Source: Candidatus Rifleibacteriota bacterium
GTDB lineage: Bacteria > Muiribacteriota > Ozemobacteria > Ozemobacterales > Ozemobacteraceae
Length of the DNA stretch: 64,000 nt
Direction: 5' to 3'
Assembly (NCBI GenBank): GCA_051747585.1
Contig: JBNJGH010000005.1
Coordinates: 1 to 64,000, forward strand
In this document: positions 9,502 through 19,892 of the stretch, one piece after another
How the letters are laid out: the number at the start of each line of letters is the position of its first letter
How positions within the stretch are numbered: position 1 is the stretch's first letter
Notes under the pieces: model-generated
What the model saw: the letters and a program-made list of their open reading frames with translations, nothing else
What the model was told of the DNA's origin: nothing
Database searches by the model: none
Translations under genes and position numbers: made by a program

Positions 9502-10734
9502 ATGCGGCAAACCAGATTACTTAAAATCTATGAGCTCGAGTGGAAATGGCACTTTTTATTTTATTTATTACTATTTCTTGCTTTAACTCTAATAAGAGGC
9601 CAGTCGCTTGTTTTGTTTTTTTTCAAACCGGCAATGGCAGCTGTATTTTTGCTTCTGATTTTTCATTTTATCTGCAGGAGTTCTAAAAAACTCAGTCATT
9701 ATATTGTGCAAAAAACGGAAATAACTTACCCAAGCTTTATTTTGTGGCTGTATCCTACCTTGATTTTGCTTAAAATAGCTGTTTTTGCCATGATTTTAAT
9801 AATATTAAGCCGCAATTTCTGGGGCCGGGGATTTTTCAGCAGTTTATTGAATCTGAATGGTCAGGAAACAACCAGTTTTATTTCAACCTGTTTTTCGGCA
9901 ATGATAATATTTGTCGCTTTTCAGTTTGTTTTTGCAAGTTTTAAAGTTATCCGCTGGATAGCGGCTTCTTCATATAGAAGAGTGGCAACCTTGAACCTTC
10001 TGGAATCAAGTGATGACAATTTCAGTGCTACAATAGACAATACAGTTAAAGAGCTCAAACGCGAAACCGATTATCTGCGCGAACAACGTAACAAAGCGGC
10101 CAAAATTAACCGTATTGCACTGCTCATTTCGTTTCTGGTTTTAATTTCCGGCAGTTTATGGCTTATCTATTTGCGACCGGCAGTAATTTTATACTATCGG
10201 GCCGAATTTCAACTTAAAACCTTCGTTAATCCGAGTGCAGCCTACAAAACACTTGAGCATTTAAGCAACAAATATCCCAATTATCGTTACCTCGACTCGG
10301 TAAAGTATCGGATGGCGTGGATTTTAGACCGACGCATGAACAAAAACAAACAAGCCTTCAAAGCCTATGTTGAATTCATCGAAAATTATGCACCTGAAAG
10401 TGTCTGGGTGGATGAAGCTGCGATTAATCTGGTTTCTTTGTCGCTTGATAAATTGAATAAGCCTGAACAAGCCATAAAATGGAGCAAAAAATATCTTGAA
10501 CTTTACCCTGATGGAATTATGGCACCACATATATATCTTTATAGAATAAGGGCCTATGCAAGACTGAATGAATTCAAAAAAGCAGAAAAAGAAATAAAGA
10601 TTGCCAGAGATAAATATTCAGGTAAATCAATTCAAATTTTCAACAAAGAAGACCGGCTGGTTGAAATTATAAATTTCGACGATGCATTAAATGTCGAAAT
10701 AAGCGAAATTAAAGGTCTTCAACGAAATCTTTGA
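9502..10734 (+). CDS. Multi-pass membrane protein with C-terminal TPR (BamD/YfiO-like) domain
   Basis: About five hydrophobic segments, then TPR-like repeats (KYPNY..., NYAPESVWVDEA, LYPDG). Confidence 0.65.
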   Translation: MRQTRLLKIYELEWKWHFLFYLLLFLALTLIRGQSLVLFFFKPAMAAVFLLLIFHFICRSSKKLSHYIVQKTEITYPSFILWLYPTLILLKIAVFAMILIILSRNFWGRGFFSSLLNLNGQETTSFISTCFSAMIIFVAFQFVFASFKVIRWIAASSYRRVATLNLLESSDDNFSATIDNTVKELKRETDYLREQRNKAAKINRIALLISFLVLISGSLWLIYLRPAVILYYRAEFQLKTFVNPSAAYKTLEHLSNKYPNYRYLDSVKYRMAWILDRRMNKNKQAFKAYVEFIENYAPESVWVDEAAINLVSLSLDKLNKPEQAIKWSKKYLELYPDGIMAPHIYLYRIRAYARLNEFKKAEKEIKIARDKYSGKSIQIFNKEDRLVEIINFDDALNVEISEIKGLQRNL

Positions 10735-11512
10735 TCAGCGAAGAATTCAAGACTTTGCCAAGTCCAAGTCCATGCCTCCTTCTAGTTGTTTTGCTTTTTT
10801 GTGGGCGTAATTCTTCGAGGAATACTTCTTCAACCACCATACCAACGAGCATTAAACCGTTTCCGGTCTCAATAAAAACCGGGGCCCCGCTGTATCCGGG
10901 AAAAACTTCAAAATCTGCAAAATAAAACGGATAATCCTTGACCGGCCAAAAAGGATATGAAGCGGCAGCCCCTTTTCTTAGAATACAATAGCCGGTTCGG
11001 GCATAATCCTGTCCGTAAGGATAACCATAAATCAATAATGAGCTGCCCGCCGCTATTCTATCTGATTCAAAAAAATGTTCTTCGGCAAGCATTTCTTGAG
11101 ACAAAAGCTTGTATGAAGCGCTGGAAGGCAGCCTTATCGAAAAAGCCGCCAAATCATACTTTTTACTTACATTAAAACTTCTCCTGCCAAAAAAATTTAA
11201 CGGCATGGTCAACTGACTTAAATCCTGAGAATTACTGCGCAAAGTCAACTCAAACTTACCGTTTTTGAAATTTTGTAACAGGTGAGCTGCAGTAATAACC
11301 CAGGCAGATGAGCGGAATTTTCCCTTTAATAAAAAACCTGTTCCAACCACAGGTTCGTTATTAGCGTCTTTGCCTGAAATTTTAACAACGGCATTCATTA
11401 TTGAATTAGACAAAGGCATAGATGCCAATGTTGTTGAAACAAACAAAAATGGCAGTATAAGAAAAAAAACGCCTATACTGCCACCTGTTCTTTTGCTGCC
11501 CATAGTTTGCAT
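10709..11512 (-). CDS. Exported trypsin-like serine protease
   Basis: Catalytic-triad motifs GTGF, TAAH, YDLA, GYP and PGYSGAPV. Confidence 0.85.
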   Translation of the reverse strand: MQTMGSKRTGGSIGVFFLILPFLFVSTTLASMPLSNSIMNAVVKISGKDANNEPVVGTGFLLKGKFRSSAWVITAAHLLQNFKNGKFELTLRSNSQDLSQLTMPLNFFGRRSFNVSKKYDLAAFSIRLPSSASYKLLSQEMLAEEHFFESDRIAAGSSLLIYGYPYGQDYARTGYCILRKGAAASYPFWPVKDYPFYFADFEVFPGYSGAPVFIETGNGLMLVGMVVEEVFLEELRPQKSKTTRRRHGLGLGKVLNSSLIKDFVEDL

Positions 11513-11947
11513 TTAAGCAAGCTCTAGCTTAATAGGACTCGGATTAGTAATATTGTCAGAAACCGGACATCTTTTTTCGACTTCTTCGATAAATGCACGT
11601 TTTTCTTCATCAGAAATATCTGCATCCATATCTACTTTGAGAGTTATATTTTCAAAGCCAGACCTTTTAGTTGGATCTTTACCCATTAAACCATCGAGAT
11701 CAAAGGTTCCTTCAACTTGAAGTTTGAAATCGTTCATTTTAATTCTCTTCTGGCGGGCAGCCATTTTAGCAATAGTTATAATGCAACCACCAAGGCTGAG
11801 AAGAAAATATTCTGATGGATTCGGCCCGGTATCGGTTCCTTTTACATTTTTGGGTTGATCAATATAAACCGTATGGTTGCCGGCTTTTCCTTCAATTTTA
11901 AAATTTTCGACAAGATTTAGATCAACTTTAACTGTGTGTTTTGCCAT
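11513..11947 (-). CDS. OsmC/Ohr family protein
   Basis: DQP...GTDTGPNP.E..L.SLGGC ... RCPVSD, with two conserved Cys. Confidence 0.9.
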   Translation of the reverse strand: MAKHTVKVDLNLVENFKIEGKAGNHTVYIDQPKNVKGTDTGPNPSEYFLLSLGGCIITIAKMAARQKRIKMNDFKLQVEGTFDLDGLMGKDPTKRSGFENITLKVDMDADISDEEKRAFIEEVEKRCPVSDNITNPSPIKLELA

Positions 11948-11965
11948 ATAGATCTCCTTATTTTG

Positions 11966-13057
11966 TTATGCGAATAATTCTGACATGACATTGTCAGCAA
12001 AAATAATTCCCTTATCAGTTAATTTAATTATTTTACCCGATTTTGCAATATTCTTTTGCTCTATCTGTAGCTGAAGAGTTAAATAAAAGTCTTTATCCGG
12101 TTCTCCAAATTTTTCTGCAAATTGAACCAGGTCCAGTCCATCTCTTAATAATCTCAATCTAAGCATTAAATATTCATTTCTTTTTTCAACCGGCGAAAGC
12201 TTTTCAACTTCACCCGGCTCATTTTTCAGATAGCGCTGAAGATCAGGGGGGTTACAGGTTCTTAAGCTGTTACAAGTGCTTACAGCTGCAGGCCCAAGAC
12301 CTATGTAATCTTTGCCATACCAGTAATTCAGATTATGCAAACATCTGGAATTTTCCAGGGCAAAGTTGGAAATTTCATAATGCTCAAATCCGCGAGCAGT
12401 TAGCAGATCTCTAACCTCAAACAGTTCTTCCGGCCCTGTATCGGCAATTTCTTGAGCGGAAAACTTTTTGGAAATCGGCGTGTCCGGCTCGATTGAAAGA
12501 AAATATGAAGAAATATGGCGAACAGGAAACCTTTGCAGGAAACGGCTTAAATCGTCAGCAATAGATTCACAGCCGGGAACGCCTATTATAAAATCAAACC
12601 CCGTATTGAAATTAAAACTGAAACAAATTTCTGCAGCTTTTTCAATCTGCTTAAACCGCGCTCTTCTACCAAGAAGAAATAACTCATCATCTTTAAGGCG
12701 TTGTATTCCCATGCTGATTCTTAAAGCGGGTATTAAAGCCAGTATTTCAGCTTTAGCATTTGTAAGATTTTCGGGATTCCCTTCAAAAGTCCATTCTTTA
12801 ATCTGGCTGGTCTCGACATTTTTTAAAACAATATTCTTCAGCTTATTTAATTGTTCGGGCGCAAGAACAAAAGGGTCGCCACCTCCTGTAAATATAGTTT
12901 TTACAGGATCATTACAAGATTGCAACCTTGAATCAGCTTCTAATTCCAGCTTATCTAAATATAAATCAATTAACTCTTTTGTGGGCGCTATCGAATAAAA
13001 GCTGCAATAATCGCATTTCTTACGACAAAAGGGAATATGAATATATAAGCCTGACAT
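11966..13057 (-). CDS. hemW: Radical SAM heme chaperone HemW (HemN-like)
   Basis: LYIHIPFCRKKCDYC, YEISNFA, HNLNYW. Confidence 0.88.
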   Translation of the reverse strand: MSGLYIHIPFCRKKCDYCSFYSIAPTKELIDLYLDKLELEADSRLQSCNDPVKTIFTGGGDPFVLAPEQLNKLKNIVLKNVETSQIKEWTFEGNPENLTNAKAEILALIPALRISMGIQRLKDDELFLLGRRARFKQIEKAAEICFSFNFNTGFDFIIGVPGCESIADDLSRFLQRFPVRHISSYFLSIEPDTPISKKFSAQEIADTGPEELFEVRDLLTARGFEHYEISNFALENSRCLHNLNYWYGKDYIGLGPAAVSTCNSLRTCNPPDLQRYLKNEPGEVEKLSPVEKRNEYLMLRLRLLRDGLDLVQFAEKFGEPDKDFYLTLQLQIEQKNIAKSGKIIKLTDKGIIFADNVMSELFA

Positions 13058-13268
13058 TTTATTAAGTTTAACCCCTGTTAATTCTTAGTGAGTTGCCATT
13101 TAGCTGCAATTGCTGTTTTAAAAATAATTTCGTTTTTTTCGCCTTATCGATTTTTCCCAATATTCTCGATTCAGATACCCGATTGCGAAATCGATACCGA
13201 AACTTTTAATATTAGTTAACAATTTATTTGTTATATTAGCATGCAAAACAATAAGAGGAGCAAACAAA

Positions 13269-13889
13269 ATGATTTTTGAACGCATATCGGTTGGAAACAT
13301 GGCAAACTTTGCCTATATTTTTGCTGACGAACAAACCCATGAAGGCATTTTGATCGACCCGGCATTTGATCATGAAAAATTACTCAGATCGATAAATAAG
13401 CATGATATAAATCTTCAATATATAATTTTAACTCACCACCACTCAGATCATGTTAACGCAACTTCTCATATTAAAGCTCGAACCGGGGCACTTGTATGCT
13501 GCCATTCAGAAACGGCCGATCTGCTACGCGGAGCGGCTTCTCATGACAAAATAATAAACGACGGTGATCAGCTCAAACTTGGCAACAAAATTATCAGCTG
13601 TATTCATACTCCGGGCCACGCCCCCGGGTCAATTTGCTTACAAATTGCCAATAAATGGCTGGTAACGGGTGACACCTTATTTATAGGAGACTGCGGCAGA
13701 GCTGACCTGCAAGGCGGCAATATCGAAGAGCTCTATGCCTCTATGCAAAAATTGAAAAAACTTCCCGACAACCTCATCGTCTGTTGTGGCCATAATTATG
13801 GACCAATAATCGAAAGAACCCTCGGCGAAGAAAAAAAGAAGAATCCATGCCTGACAGCTGAAAACCTCGAAAAGTTTTCAGGCATCTAA
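13269..13889 (+). CDS. MBL-fold metallo-hydrolase (glyoxalase II-like)
   Basis: THHHSDH, HTPGH, TGDTLF, GH. Confidence 0.9.
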   Translation: MIFERISVGNMANFAYIFADEQTHEGILIDPAFDHEKLLRSINKHDINLQYIILTHHHSDHVNATSHIKARTGALVCCHSETADLLRGAASHDKIINDGDQLKLGNKIISCIHTPGHAPGSICLQIANKWLVTGDTLFIGDCGRADLQGGNIEELYASMQKLKKLPDNLIVCCGHNYGPIIERTLGEEKKKNPCLTAENLEKFSGI

Positions 13890-13893
13890 TTCG

Positions 13894-16269
13894 TTATTCC
13901 CACTCGTAGGGTAATCCCTGCTTTATAGCCCAATAAGCAGATTCTTTCCATTCTTTTTCGAACTCTTCGGCAGATATGTTGCAAACCTGATTTAAAGCCT
14001 GATCAAGGGGAATATCGTTACTCATGAGCTCAATCATTTGCATGATATCTTTACAGCCTTCAGCTAAATTACCTGATTTTTTAACAAGGACTGAAGTCAT
14101 TAAATATGCCTGAGCAGTAGCTGTATGAAGGACCGAAGGCGAAGAATATCCTTCACTGAAAATGCTGTTAAGCATTTCAGGTGAAGTAAGCTTCGCAACT
14201 TCTTTATTTATACTCCTGTCAGCAATCAAAAGCCGATACCGCTGCACTATTCGACTTCCACCCAGAATTTCAGCAAGCCCTATCTGCAGCCATGCAGTTT
14301 TATGGAAATCTGTTTTTGCATCTGGAATTATTATCTGGACAATAAGATGGGTAAGCTCTTTGGCAAGCGTATGCCCGGGAAGTTCTTCGATGAGCAGCCC
14401 CATTTCTTCTTCACCAAGGGCGTCAAAATTAGATCTGATAATATTTCGAATCATATCGGCGTCATAATAAATGCTGGTTACTGTTATTCCCGTATTCTGT
14501 GGTTCGTAAAGAGCAATTGTAGCACCCATGCCGTCGGCAGAAACAAAATTAACAAAAATGGGAACATTAACACTGCCAATATAGCTGGAAATTCTTTCAT
14601 ACATTGCGTTGAGTTCTTCGGCTATAATAGATCGGGCATTCGGGCTTATACCTGAGCCCAGGGTAATTTGAAAAACCCCTTCGCCTTCTGTTGTCGAACT
14701 GGAATCAGAAGGTCTCGGTCGGTTATTACCGTCGTTCTGTTCGAGAGGATCGTCATAAGAAACCTGAGAGTCTGGAACAGGCTTTCTGGAGTAATTCTGA
14801 AGCCCGGCCTGGGCAAGACGATTATTGATCATTGCAGCCAGAGCCGGATCATCACCCACTGCCGGGAAACCGTAAATGAATTCGAGAATGCCCAGGCGAT
14901 TGGGGTTCATATCAAAACCTTTGCGCAACCAGCTTAAAGCCTTTCTGTTATCTCCGGTTTTAAAGCAATATAGAGACTCAAGGTAACAATACATACTTCG
15001 CTTGAGCGTTCTATCGCTCCATTCATCTATTGCATCTCTGGCTTCTATTGTCTGATCGTTCATAAGCAAAAGAGTGATATAAAGCGGATAAGCATCGGGA
15101 TCAGTAAATGGCCTCCCGGTACGGGCATCGTTCAAAATAACGTTAACTTCATTGGAGCGACCGCCTTGCAAAGCAAACAAACCTGCCGTAAGACTTACCG
15201 AAGGCAAATTGTAGCCACGGCGAAAAGCCCTTGTCAACTTTCGGCTGGCCCGATCACTATTATTGTTTTGCAAAAAATATTCAACCCAGAGCAGGTCAAT
15301 TTCAGGATTGCCCGGTTCTTTAATCGAAGCTTTTTCAAGTGCTTTTCTTGCTTCGGGTAATTTATGCATATCAAGCATAATGCGCCCCTTAACTACCAAT
15401 GCATCAGATAATCCGGGAAAAGTCTTTTCAAATTCTTTAACGTTTTTTAAGGCTTTAGCCCATTTATCAAGATCATACAGCGCCCTGAAATAACTTGGTG
15501 AAGAGGTTCCGGGATGAGTATCTTCTATAACTGCCTTAACAAACAAAAGAAGTGGATGATAAGGTGCTTTGGAGAGGTTGTTTTTTACAATCTGGATCGC
15601 ATCTTTATTGCGACCAAGTTTCCAGGCACACAAAGCAGTCAGTGACGCTCCGTCCGGGCCCGGATATTTTTTTTCATATTCCTCGGCAAGAGCCAGAGCT
15701 TTATAAATCTGTCCTCGTTGCAGAGATTTCATTATCGCATTAAAATGTAATTTGGAATTGGACAGGCGCTCGAGCAGTTTGGGCAATTCTTCTGTGATTT
15801 TGGTAAAATGCTCTGCCAAACGCGTTGGATCTACCGGTATTGGTCTGATTTTTCCGGGCAACCGGGCAAGATATCTTTGTGCCAGACGATTGCGAATGCC
15901 CAGAGAAAGCGATTTTCTAAACCATATTGACGCAAGAAGAGGTCGCCCGTCATTTACTTCAACAATACCAAGAAGATTAAGCAAACTTTTACTGCGAAAA
16001 CCATCAAAAAAGATACGAAGTGCATATAGTCGAGCATCATCATACTTTTTCCCTTTTAAAGCGTTTTTGGCAAGCTCGAATAACTGCTTTGCAGGATATA
16101 ATCCCGGATTATCAAAAGCCTCTTCGCTCGATATTCCAAGTTTTCTTTTATCAGTGCCGGCAGCATAGCTTGTTAAAGAGCTTATGCAAATAAGCAGACA
16201 GACTAGTATTTTCCATTTAGTAAAGCTTTTCATAAATTTCATTATACCAACCGTACATTGATAAGCCAA
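13894..16269 (-). CDS. Exported TPR protein with C-terminal degenerate peptidase MA-like domain
   Basis: Signal peptide and TPRs; TLAKELTHL..AWLQIGLAE where HExxH..EGLAE is expected. Confidence 0.7.
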   Translation of the reverse strand: MAYQCTVGIMKFMKSFTKWKILVCLLICISSLTSYAAGTDKRKLGISSEEAFDNPGLYPAKQLFELAKNALKGKKYDDARLYALRIFFDGFRSKSLLNLLGIVEVNDGRPLLASIWFRKSLSLGIRNRLAQRYLARLPGKIRPIPVDPTRLAEHFTKITEELPKLLERLSNSKLHFNAIMKSLQRGQIYKALALAEEYEKKYPGPDGASLTALCAWKLGRNKDAIQIVKNNLSKAPYHPLLLFVKAVIEDTHPGTSSPSYFRALYDLDKWAKALKNVKEFEKTFPGLSDALVVKGRIMLDMHKLPEARKALEKASIKEPGNPEIDLLWVEYFLQNNNSDRASRKLTRAFRRGYNLPSVSLTAGLFALQGGRSNEVNVILNDARTGRPFTDPDAYPLYITLLLMNDQTIEARDAIDEWSDRTLKRSMYCYLESLYCFKTGDNRKALSWLRKGFDMNPNRLGILEFIYGFPAVGDDPALAAMINNRLAQAGLQNYSRKPVPDSQVSYDDPLEQNDGNNRPRPSDSSSTTEGEGVFQITLGSGISPNARSIIAEELNAMYERISSYIGSVNVPIFVNFVSADGMGATIALYEPQNTGITVTSIYYDADMIRNIIRSNFDALGEEEMGLLIEELPGHTLAKELTHLIVQIIIPDAKTDFHKTAWLQIGLAEILGGSRIVQRYRLLIADRSINKEVAKLTSPEMLNSIFSEGYSSPSVLHTATAQAYLMTSVLVKKSGNLAEGCKDIMQMIELMSNDIPLDQALNQVCNISAEEFEKEWKESAYWAIKQGLPYEWE

Positions 16270-16329
16270 GATTTAAGATAAAGCCGTAATATGGTGACAA
16301 ACGAACTACTATGTGTTATTTTGTGTGTC

Positions 16330-17163
16330 ATGTATCCTATTCTATTTGAAATTGGTTCCATTCGTATCGGCTCCTACGGCGTATTACTGGCCGTTGCATT
16401 TTTAAGTGCCTTTTTATTGATCAATCGTGAATTCAAAAAAAATAACACCAACGTAGAGCTGGCCTGGGATCTTCATTTTCTTGCTATCTTTGGCGGCATG
16501 GTGGGTTCGAGGCTATTATTCATATTTGAAAATTTTTCGGCCTTCCTGGCTGACCCCCTGGCAATGATATTTTCCACCACCGGTTTTTCAGTTCTGGGTG
16601 GCTACGTTCTGGCGTTGGCTCTTTGTATTATCCGAGTTAAAAAATCAGGACAACCTTTTTTCAGAATCGCCGATTTATATGTTCCGGGAATGGCCATAGG
16701 TTATGCAATTGGCCGTCTTGGCTGCATCGCCGCTGGAGACGGCTGTTACGGTCTGCCCTGTAAATTGCCCTGGGCCATGAGTTTTCCCAAGGGAATCGTT
16801 TCTACCCTGAGCACGAAAAACCCCATGTTGGTAGAACTTTACCAGAAAATGTTCCCCGGTGAAACTGTACCGACAGACATTGCAGTTCACCCGACCCCGC
16901 TATACGAGTCTATTTCTACAACTATTCTTTTAATAATACTTCTTCTACCAATCTGGAACCCGGGCAATGGGCGCAGATTCGCTTTTTTCCTTTTATGGTT
17001 CAGCATTTCACGATTTCTGGTCGAGTTTATCAGGCTCAATCCCTTTGCCTACTGGGGTCTGTCGTCAAGTCAGGTTCTGTCGATAGTATTTTTCATGGCC
17101 GGAATTTTCATTATGCTTACCGCCTCAAAGCGCGAAAAATTAAATCCAGCGCCAAAAAGCTGA
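16330..17163 (+). CDS. lgt: Prolipoprotein diacylglyceryl transferase
   Basis: MYPILFEIG start; GRLGC..GDGCYG; HPTPLYES; RFLVEFIR. Confidence 0.92.
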   Translation: MYPILFEIGSIRIGSYGVLLAVAFLSAFLLINREFKKNNTNVELAWDLHFLAIFGGMVGSRLLFIFENFSAFLADPLAMIFSTTGFSVLGGYVLALALCIIRVKKSGQPFFRIADLYVPGMAIGYAIGRLGCIAAGDGCYGLPCKLPWAMSFPKGIVSTLSTKNPMLVELYQKMFPGETVPTDIAVHPTPLYESISTTILLIILLLPIWNPGNGRRFAFFLLWFSISRFLVEFIRLNPFAYWGLSSSQVLSIVFFMAGIFIMLTASKREKLNPAPKS

Positions 17164-17239
17164 CTACAAAACAGTAACTTTTCATTTAAATTTATTTTTG
17201 CTCAAAACAATTCTCAGGTTTCTTGCATTGTAGTTACAC

Positions 17240-17597
17240 TTATCAAATTCGTTTTCATCAATTGAATTCAATTAAACCACTGAGACCACCGAGGACACCG
17301 AGACGATTTTTTAATCTTTTTCAGCCATGGTTCCCAGCAACAGCAAGCCCTCAGAAAAGCACCAGTGTTTTTCTGAGGGCTCTGTGGTTATTTTCTTTGT
17401 GGCTTGGTGTGGGGTATATTACTGTCGGGAATCGATATCGTGATCGAAGAAAAAACACGACGACGATTACGACTACGAGCCCGAGCACGATTTAGATTGC
17501 TTCGTCGTTTCACTCCTCGCAATGACAGTTTGCAGGCTTTGTGTGAGGAATATTCTTTTTCTGAAACAAATTGATAATCGTTGGCCGGGTATTGCTT
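17240..17597 (+). repeat. Composite intergenic repeat element (copy A) with nested palindromes
   Basis: 17272-17327 matches 57229-57284 at 50/56. Hairpin 17341-17380 resembles 57341-57380. Right end aaattgataatcgttgg matches the terminus of the 21385 element at 16/17. Confidence 0.75.
17494..17527 (-). repeat. GTCATTGCGAG...GAAGCAATCT repeat, copy 2
   Basis: Reverse complement reads tgtcattgcgaggagtgaaacgacgaagcaatct. Confidence 0.8.
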
Positions 17598-17611
17598 CAA
17601 TATAGGGTTGA

Positions 17612-17640
17612 TTGATTTTTTGCGGTTATAGCTTTATAAT
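17612..17640 (+). promoter_or_regulatory. sigma70-type promoter of glyQS
   Basis: TTGATT-N17-TATAAT. Confidence 0.7.
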
Positions 17641-17682
17641 TGCCAGCGAATAAAACAGGCAAATCAAAGATCGGAGAACATA

Positions 17683-19062
17683 ATGGTAGAACTGGAAAAA
17701 ATCATCTCTTTATGCAAAAGACGCGGTTTTATTTTTCAAGGCAGCGAACAATACGGCGGATTACAAGGCACATGGGACTATGGCCCACTGGGGGTTGAGC
17801 TTAAAAACAACGTTAAACGAGCCTGGTGGAAAAAGGTAGTTTATGAAAGAGATGATATGGAAGGTCTTGACAGCTCTATTCTAATGAACCGGTTTGTTTT
17901 AAAATATTCTGGTCATGAAGACACTTTTTCTGACCCCATGGTTGACTGCAGAAAGTGCAAGAAACGCTTCAGAGCCGACCACATCGATAAAAATGAAAAA
18001 TGCCCGGAAGGTGGAACGCACGATTTCACCGCCCCCCGACCTTTCAACCTTATGTTTAAGACCACAGTGGGCCCTGTAGCCGACGAAAACAACATTTCCT
18101 ACCTGCGCCCCGAAACAGCCCAGGGCATCTTTATTAACTTTAAAAATGTTCTGGATTCAACCAATAGAAAGCTTCCTTTTGGTATCGCTCAGATAGGCAA
18201 AGCATACCGAAACGAAATTACACCCCGTAATTTCATTTTCAGAGTGCGCGAATTCGAACAGATGGAAATTGAATTTTTCGTAGAACCCGGTCAAGATACC
18301 GAATGGCATAAAAAATGGGTCGAAGAACGCTACAACTGGTATGTAAATCTCGGCATCAACCCCGAAAACCTGCGCAAATATGAACAGGCTGAAGATGAAT
18401 TGGCACACTATGCCAAAGCTACGGTAGATCTTTTATATCGCTTTTTTCCCGAAAGAAAAGACGAAGAAAAACAGTTTGATGAAGTAGAAGGAATCGCCAA
18501 TCGAACTGATTTTGATTTAAGTTGCCATACCAAAGGCGGAGCACTTAAGCTTGATGATGGACGAGTAATAAAAAATGCCCACGCAATTAACAAGCTTACC
18601 TATTTTGATCATAAAACCAACAAACATTATCTTCCTTATGTTATTGAGCCATCAGCTGGTGTAGATAGAGCGGCACTGGCGTTTTTAATGGACTCTTACT
18701 GTGAAGAAACCGTTAATGACAAAACCCGAGTTGTCTTAAAACTTCATCCGGAACTGGCTCCTATAAAGGTTGCCATTCTACCGCTGAAAAAGAACAACCA
18801 GGATATTCGCCAAACCGCTATAAAAATCAAAAATGAACTGATGAAAAAAAGTGGCTGGAGAACCGTATATGATGACACTGCCGGAATCGGAAAACTTTAC
18901 CGCCGCCAGGATGAAATCGGCACTCCATATTGTGTTACCGTTGATTTTGACACTCTCGAAGATCAGACTGTAACTGTCCGAGATCGAGATAACATGGCTC
19001 AGGAAAGAGTAAAAATCGAAGATTTGCAAAGCTTTCTTTCACAGAATCTTGGTAATGTCTGA
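17683..19062 (+). CDS. glyQS: Glycine--tRNA ligase (alpha2 homodimeric type)
   Basis: [54 protein letters not shown]. Confidence 0.97.
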   Translation: MVELEKIISLCKRRGFIFQGSEQYGGLQGTWDYGPLGVELKNNVKRAWWKKVVYERDDMEGLDSSILMNRFVLKYSGHEDTFSDPMVDCRKCKKRFRADHIDKNEKCPEGGTHDFTAPRPFNLMFKTTVGPVADENNISYLRPETAQGIFINFKNVLDSTNRKLPFGIAQIGKAYRNEITPRNFIFRVREFEQMEIEFFVEPGQDTEWHKKWVEERYNWYVNLGINPENLRKYEQAEDELAHYAKATVDLLYRFFPERKDEEKQFDEVEGIANRTDFDLSCHTKGGALKLDDGRVIKNAHAINKLTYFDHKTNKHYLPYVIEPSAGVDRAALAFLMDSYCEETVNDKTRVVLKLHPELAPIKVAILPLKKNNQDIRQTAIKIKNELMKKSGWRTVYDDTAGIGKLYRRQDEIGTPYCVTVDFDTLEDQTVTVRDRDNMAQERVKIEDLQSFLSQNLGNV

Positions 19063-19065
19063 CCG

Positions 19066-19890
19066 GTGAGTGACAAGATTTTGACCAGAGAACTTTATAG
19101 AGGCGACATGCTCGATGTCGCCTCTTTGCTTAGACCCGAAAGTTTCAGGCTGATTTATCTGGATCCTCCTTTTTTGACCGGGCGTGCAAGGATAGGGAGC
19201 AATGAAGATTACTCTTATGACGATAAATGGAATAGTCTACTCGATGACTATCTGCCCTGGTTGCAAACACGCATAAAAGCCCTTAGACCTTTATTGCTAA
19301 GTAATGGCAGCTTAATTCTTCATCTGGATTTCAGAGCAGCCCATTATGCCAAAATTATGCTCGATGAAATCTTTGGACGGGAATGCTTTATAAATGAAAT
19401 AATCTGGCATTACACCGGCGGAGGCAGGTCGAGAAACCGGTTTTCCTGCAAACACGACACTCTACTATGGTATAGCAATGGTCAAAAGCCACTGTTTAAT
19501 ATCGATGCCGCCCGAATGCCATACAAAAAAACTTCGGGTTACGCAAAAAATGGAATAAAATCTGCAAGTGGTCGAATATACAAACCGCATCCGGATGGGA
19601 CTCCAGTAGACGATGTCTGGGACATTCCGATTATCAACCCAATGTCAAAAGAGCGGGTTGGTTATCCGACCCAAAAACCGGTAAAATTGCTTAATCGAAT
19701 TATTGCAACTCTTTCAGCTGAGAATGAACTGATTGGCGATTTTTGCTGCGGCAGCGGAACAACTTTATTTTGTGCCGAAAAAACAAATCGGCGCTGGATT
19801 GGCGTTGATCAATCAAAAGCTGCTATTGAGTGCACTTTAAGTAGATTTACAGAAGTTATCAGAAAGAAAATCTCAATCCAGAATCTGTAG
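19066..19890 (+). CDS. Orphan beta-class N6A/N4C DNA methyltransferase
   Basis: LIYLDPPF (motif IV) precedes DVWDIP, YPTQKP and DFCCGSGTT (motif I). Confidence 0.9.
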   Translation: MSDKILTRELYRGDMLDVASLLRPESFRLIYLDPPFLTGRARIGSNEDYSYDDKWNSLLDDYLPWLQTRIKALRPLLLSNGSLILHLDFRAAHYAKIMLDEIFGRECFINEIIWHYTGGGRSRNRFSCKHDTLLWYSNGQKPLFNIDAARMPYKKTSGYAKNGIKSASGRIYKPHPDGTPVDDVWDIPIINPMSKERVGYPTQKPVKLLNRIIATLSAENELIGDFCCGSGTTLFCAEKTNRRWIGVDQSKAAIECTLSRFTEVIRKKISIQNL

Positions 19891-19892
19891 CT

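Noticed and set aside
17272..17490. CRISPR array from the short periodic repeats
   Set aside because: Units are 6-9 nt without unique 30-40 nt spacers, and there are no cas genes.
17223..17600. ORFs 17223..17495 (+) and 17388..17600 (-)
   Set aside because: They are low-complexity translations of repeat DNA with no RBS.
17164..17682. T-box riboswitch upstream of glyQS
   Set aside because: No T-box consensus (GGTGGnACCGCG) was seen. The predicted promoter is only about 40 nt from the start codon, and the region is explained by repeats.
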